DNA from: Gemmatimonadota bacterium
GTDB lineage: Bacteria > Gemmatimonadota > Gemmatimonadetes > Longimicrobiales > RSA9
Length of the DNA: 64,000 nt
Direction of reading: 5' to 3'
NCBI GenBank assembly: GCA_037388885.1
Contig: JARRJS010000001.1
Location: 10,300-74,299, forward strand
Shown here: positions 60,421 to 64,000 of the stretch, in pieces
Layout of the letters: each line of letters opens with the position of its first letter
How positions within the stretch are numbered: the stretch's first letter is position 1
The notes under the pieces: generated by a model
The model's database searches: none
What the model was told of the DNA's origin: nothing
The model's input: the letters and a program-made list of their open reading frames with translations, nothing else
Position numbers and translations under genes: made by a program

Positions 60421-63387
60421 TCAGAGATCGTTCCAGTTCATGATGGCGTTCCAGAGGAACGCGAAATCGGCAAAGTTCTGGAATCGCTGGATCGGGTTGA
60501 AGGCGAACAACACGTAATGCCCTTGGCCGGACGGGACGCTCAGGAGAGCCGGTTGGCCGGCCAGCACGCCGGGATTCTGCACCAGCCCGCTCAGGAACAG
60601 CTCGCTGGCCTTGGCATACTTGAGGACGACGTCCGACTCGAGGTCTTGTCCCACCCGCAGGTACGGACCGAACCGGTGGTGCAGCGGCATCGTGGCGTCG
60701 TAGCCGTAGACCAGTGGGTTGTGGTGCGTTTCGACCACGCCCCTCACGAGGGAACCCGGCACGAACAGATTCCCGGCGGGGCGCGTGTCCACGCCGCGGA
60801 CCAGGCCCATCTGCACCGGGAGCAGCGAGGCCGCCCTCAGCGTGATGAAGGTGCCACCGTCGGCCACGAACTGCTGCAGGGAACGTAGCCCGGCGTATCC
60901 CATGCCACCCGTCATGTCGCTGGTGGCGTCCGGCTTGCCGAGAGCGGGATCCTGCTTCGAGGTCTCGTACGGCAGGGGTCCGTACTTCGGATCGATGCCC
61001 TGGAAGATGGACTTGCCGGTGCCACGCTGGTCCGGGAACACGATGACGTCGAACCGCTTTCGCAGGTCCGGACCGCTGCGCAACACGTCCACGCCCACGT
61101 ACGTGTACGGGACGCCCATGATGTCGAACGTGTAGCGGACCCAACCACCCTGTTGAGTGGACCGCCACGTGTGCAGGATGGCGACGCGCGGAATGTCCAG
61201 CTCATGGCGCGGTGCCTCTTTCACCGCGTCGTCCGAAGCGCCTCGCACGCTCAGCCCGTACTGGTCCGCCCACTTCTGCATCTGGGACCGGGACCGGTCG
61301 CGTAGATGGATGAGCCACGCTCCCGGACCCACGCTGTCCGCACCCAGCGCCAGGCTGTCTTCCACCGCCCAGACATGTGTCGCACCCAGTGCGAGGCGGG
61401 CGGACATGGTGTAGGCCGAAGACGACGGCTCCACCACCCACCAGGTAGGCGTGCCGTCCGCCGCCACGGGCGATGCGAAGTGGATCGCAGTCGCCCGCTC
61501 CATGGGCGCCGTCAGGATCGCCGAGTCGGCCACCGCGTTCACCGTCACGTTGAACATGAGCGGGAAGGTCCAGGCCACGTCGTCATACGGCCGCGGCGCA
61601 TCCGACGGGTAGTGCTGCACCCGCATGAGCGTCAGGACGAAGTTCCGGAACGGCTGATCCATGCGGACGACATAGTCGCCCTTGTGCACCGTGATTGGTT
61701 CGGTGGACCTCCGTGCCCGGCCGGCCTTGGCTGACGGGGAGACAGGGCGACTGGGGGATGGGGCGATGCCGGCGGACGCCACGTCGCCAGACGCAGCGCC
61801 GGCGCCCCGCGCACCCGACAGCCCACGACGATCGTCGATCGTCAATCGTCGATCACCGTTCGCCGTATCCGCGGCGGTCGACGGTCGTCGGTCGCCGGTC
61901 TTGAAATCCGCTGTCGCGACGCTCACCTCGATGCCCTGCCGTTCCAGCAGCTCGAGCATGTAGCGGGCGTCGGCGGGACGGGCCTGGTCCTGCGGCACGA
62001 CGTAGGCGAACGGGGCTTCCGTGCGGCCCTTGTTCAAGGAGTTGTTGGCCTTCGTCCAGTACTCGCGCAGCACGCGCTCACGATTGCGGGCCGTGAGGGA
62101 GAGGGCCGTCAGCAAGCCCGTTTCCATGTAGTTGGTGTTGTCCCGCATGGACCACATCGTCGTGTCGTGGGGCGGCAGGGGACGATACCACTCCACCGAC
62201 GTCTGCCGGCTGCCCAGCGTCCGCTGGCGCGTCCACGGCAGCATGTTGCCGAACGTTTCGTAGAAGCGCCCCATCGCGTTGCGCGTGTTGGTCACCCAGA
62301 GCAGGTACGTGGGGTTCCAGCCGTCGTAGTAGCCGTGGGTCCACACGCCCGGCATACCCAGCGCCGTCATGGCCGTGACCTCGTAGTTGGAGTACCACTG
62401 CCACTCGCCGATGGTGATGGGATCCACCGTGGGGTTGTAGGGACCGGTGCCGGTGGACACGTACAGGTACGGGATGGACTCGTGCAGGTCGTGCCCGATG
62501 GGGTAGCGCCACTTGAGGAACAGCTTCACCACTTCCTGCGTGAGGCGGGCACTCAGCTGCAGGCCGTCACGGTTGTTGTCGTGGAAGATGTACTTACCCC
62601 AGTAGGGCGGGCCCATGATCTGCTTCGTCGTGTCCGGCGTGGGGTACATCTCGCGGATCCAGTCCACGACCCGGTCCCGCCCGTCGGGCTCCGTCACGGG
62701 CACGATGAAGACGACCACGCTGTCCCGGATCTCGCGGATCATGGGGTCGTTCGACACGGCGAGGCGGTACGCCAGCTCCATCACCATCTCCGGAGGACCG
62801 GTCTCCGCCGAGTGCAGCCCCGCCGTGATGGTGTAGATGACCGGCAACCGGCCGATCAAGCGGTCCGCCTCCTCCGGCGTCGTGGTGCGTGGGTCCGACA
62901 GATGGTTCATGCCCTGCCGGATCTGCTCCAGGCGCGCCAGGTTCGCCGCGCTGCCCACCTGTACCAACGCCAGATGATGACCTTCCTCCGTCTCCCCCAG
63001 CTGCTCAAAGCGCACCCGCGGCGAGCTGGCCGCCAACGCGCGGAAGTAGCCATAGATCTGCGCTACGTCGTGCACCACGCCAGGCTTGCCGATGGGATCG
63101 CCGAAATGATCCGTCGGCGACACGACCGTGGAGTCGGCCGGCAGGTGATCCACCAACGGATTCGTGTACTCCGCCTCCGTCGTCCACGACAGGATCTTGC
63201 GCGTGGACTCCACATCGACCGCTTGACCCCAGGGCGTCACCGACGGGATTGCACGGTCCGCCGCCCAGTCGAACGTTTGAGGCGGAGCCGGTTTCGACGC
63301 TGCCTGCGCCGCGAGAACGCCGGGAATCAGGAAGAGGACCAGCAGCGCGGAGCCCGGTGAACCAGACCGCACGGTGCGCATACGCAT
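60421..63387 (-). CDS. Large secreted M14-family (zinc carboxypeptidase-like) protein with an internal low-complexity insert
   Basis: The ATG at 63387 has AGGAGA 6 nt upstream. Signal MRMRTVRSGSPGSALLVLFLIPGVLAAQA. TAGLHSAETGPPEMVMELAYRL...VVVFIVPVTEPDGRD resembles the M14 metal-site region. Confidence 0.7.
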   Translation of the reverse strand: MRMRTVRSGSPGSALLVLFLIPGVLAAQAASKPAPPQTFDWAADRAIPSVTPWGQAVDVESTRKILSWTTEAEYTNPLVDHLPADSTVVSPTDHFGDPIGKPGVVHDVAQIYGYFRALAASSPRVRFEQLGETEEGHHLALVQVGSAANLARLEQIRQGMNHLSDPRTTTPEEADRLIGRLPVIYTITAGLHSAETGPPEMVMELAYRLAVSNDPMIREIRDSVVVFIVPVTEPDGRDRVVDWIREMYPTPDTTKQIMGPPYWGKYIFHDNNRDGLQLSARLTQEVVKLFLKWRYPIGHDLHESIPYLYVSTGTGPYNPTVDPITIGEWQWYSNYEVTAMTALGMPGVWTHGYYDGWNPTYLLWVTNTRNAMGRFYETFGNMLPWTRQRTLGSRQTSVEWYRPLPPHDTTMWSMRDNTNYMETGLLTALSLTARNRERVLREYWTKANNSLNKGRTEAPFAYVVPQDQARPADARYMLELLERQGIEVSVATADFKTGDRRPSTAADTANGDRRLTIDDRRGLSGARGAGAASGDVASAGIAPSPSRPVSPSAKAGRARRSTEPITVHKGDYVVRMDQPFRNFVLTLMRVQHYPSDAPRPYDDVAWTFPLMFNVTVNAVADSAILTAPMERATAIHFASPVAADGTPTWWVVEPSSSAYTMSARLALGATHVWAVEDSLALGADSVGPGAWLIHLRDRSRSQMQKWADQYGLSVRGASDDAVKEAPRHELDIPRVAILHTWRSTQQGGWVRYTFDIMGVPYTYVGVDVLRSGPDLRKRFDVIVFPDQRGTGKSIFQGIDPKYGPLPYETSKQDPALGKPDATSDMTGGMGYAGLRSLQQFVADGGTFITLRAASLLPVQMGLVRGVDTRPAGNLFVPGSLVRGVVETHHNPLVYGYDATMPLHHRFGPYLRVGQDLESDVVLKYAKASELFLSGLVQNPGVLAGQPALLSVPSGQGHYVLFAFNPIQRFQNFADFAFLWNAIMNWNDL
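61736..61900. repeat. Dispersed repeat copy F (core 1 x4, core 2 x4, core 3 x3.5 in order), inside the M14 ORF
   Basis: ggggagac agggcgac tgggggat ggggcgat (61736-61767). gacgatc gtcgatc gtcaatc gtcgatc (61827-61854). ggtcgac ggtcgtc ggtcgcc ggtc (61876-61900). Confidence 0.85.
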
Positions 63388-63602
63388 GGGGCGTCTCCTG
63401 TGGCTGTGGGACCGGAAGCGTCGATAATGCACGGCATCCTCGCCCCGGAGCAAGCGAGACCTTCGGCGCCGCGGCCGAGTGCCTGCAAGAAGGGCGAAGC
63501 CGGACAGGGGAAGCGGGTGCGGGGAATATGACGCGGCGCAGGCCTCTCGGCCCGCGCCGTGCGCCCTTCATCAGGCAATCAGCAGTTTTTTCAACTCTGC
63601 CG

Positions 63603-63992
63603 TCAGCCAAGCAGATTCGTCATCCGGCCTGCAGCCGACGAGCCGCCAAACAGGATGCTCGCGCCAATGGCGATCAACGCAACCTGCGACAACGTCAGCG
63701 GATTGACGCCCGACAGAGCCAGAATTCCCAACGTGATGGCGCCAATGCCCACCATGACCTGCGTGGCCGCAGCGCTGCGCACAGCCTCACGGGCGATCGA
63801 ATGGTGTTCCTCGCTGCCGGACCAGGTGCGTAGAACCGCGTTGTTCAGCCGGGCCAGCGTGCCGGCACCCATGATCAGCGTACCACCGAACACCAGCACC
63901 GCAACGGATACCAGCGCCATCGGCGCCACACCGACCAATGCCAGGATGCCCAACGCCACACCGGCAATCCCGCCCAGTGTCTCCAGGCTCAC
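63603..63992 (-). CDS. Hypothetical membrane protein with an internal duplication; the 5' end may run off the window
   Basis: 129-aa ORF. GVALGILALVGVAPMAL and GAITLGILALSGVNPLTL are repeated hydrophobic modules. The window ends 8 nt upstream of the ATG. Confidence 0.45.
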   Translation of the reverse strand: MSLETLGGIAGVALGILALVGVAPMALVSVAVLVFGGTLIMGAGTLARLNNAVLRTWSGSEEHHSIAREAVRSAAATQVMVGIGAITLGILALSGVNPLTLSQVALIAIGASILFGGSSAAGRMTNLLG

Positions 63993-64000
63993 GCCACCAA

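Noticed and set aside
1006-61900. Whether the short tandem repeats could be a CRISPR array or a classical MITE/IS.
   Set aside because: The units are 6-8 nt with no spacers. Copies are scattered rather than arrayed. I see no terminal inverted repeats, target-site duplications, cas genes or transposase.

Overview
The window is visibly GC-rich, gene-dense bacterial chromosomal DNA. About 55 protein-coding genes are supportable. I found no rRNA, tRNA, CRISPR array, transposase, integrase or phage genes. Gene content suggests a Gemmatimonadota/FCB-like organism, which is inference only.

Recognisable blocks:
- gcvP, a lipoate ligase and a peptide-type ABC importer on one strand, with gcvH separate.
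- Two acyl-CoA dehydrogenases.
- A secreted S8 protease with a free-standing copy of its own prodomain, followed by a PorV-like barrel.
- A GroES-like gene next to hslO.
- An M20, S46 and PLP-enzyme peptide catabolism cluster.
- A complete six-gene Alternative Complex III operon (actABCDEF).
- A YyaL-LuxE-LuxC operon.
- A sigma-54 two-component module that encloses an unusual outer-membrane protein.
- An orphan GspE/PilB-type ATPase with an MshEN-like motif and C-terminal zinc ribbons.
- An AmgK-like kinase fused to a RapZ C-terminal domain, next to a MurU-like gene.

The signal least explained by ordinary annotation is a dispersed tripartite GC-rich repeat. It has three tandem cores: an 8-mer, a 7-mer and a second 7-mer. 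It occurs at least six times in the 64 kb. Copies are intergenic or in-frame inside four unrelated ORFs, and they are translated in both orientations.

Many long ORFs in the supplied track lie antisense to real genes. I treat them as GC-driven artefacts. All family assignments come from motif reading by eye; no searches were run.
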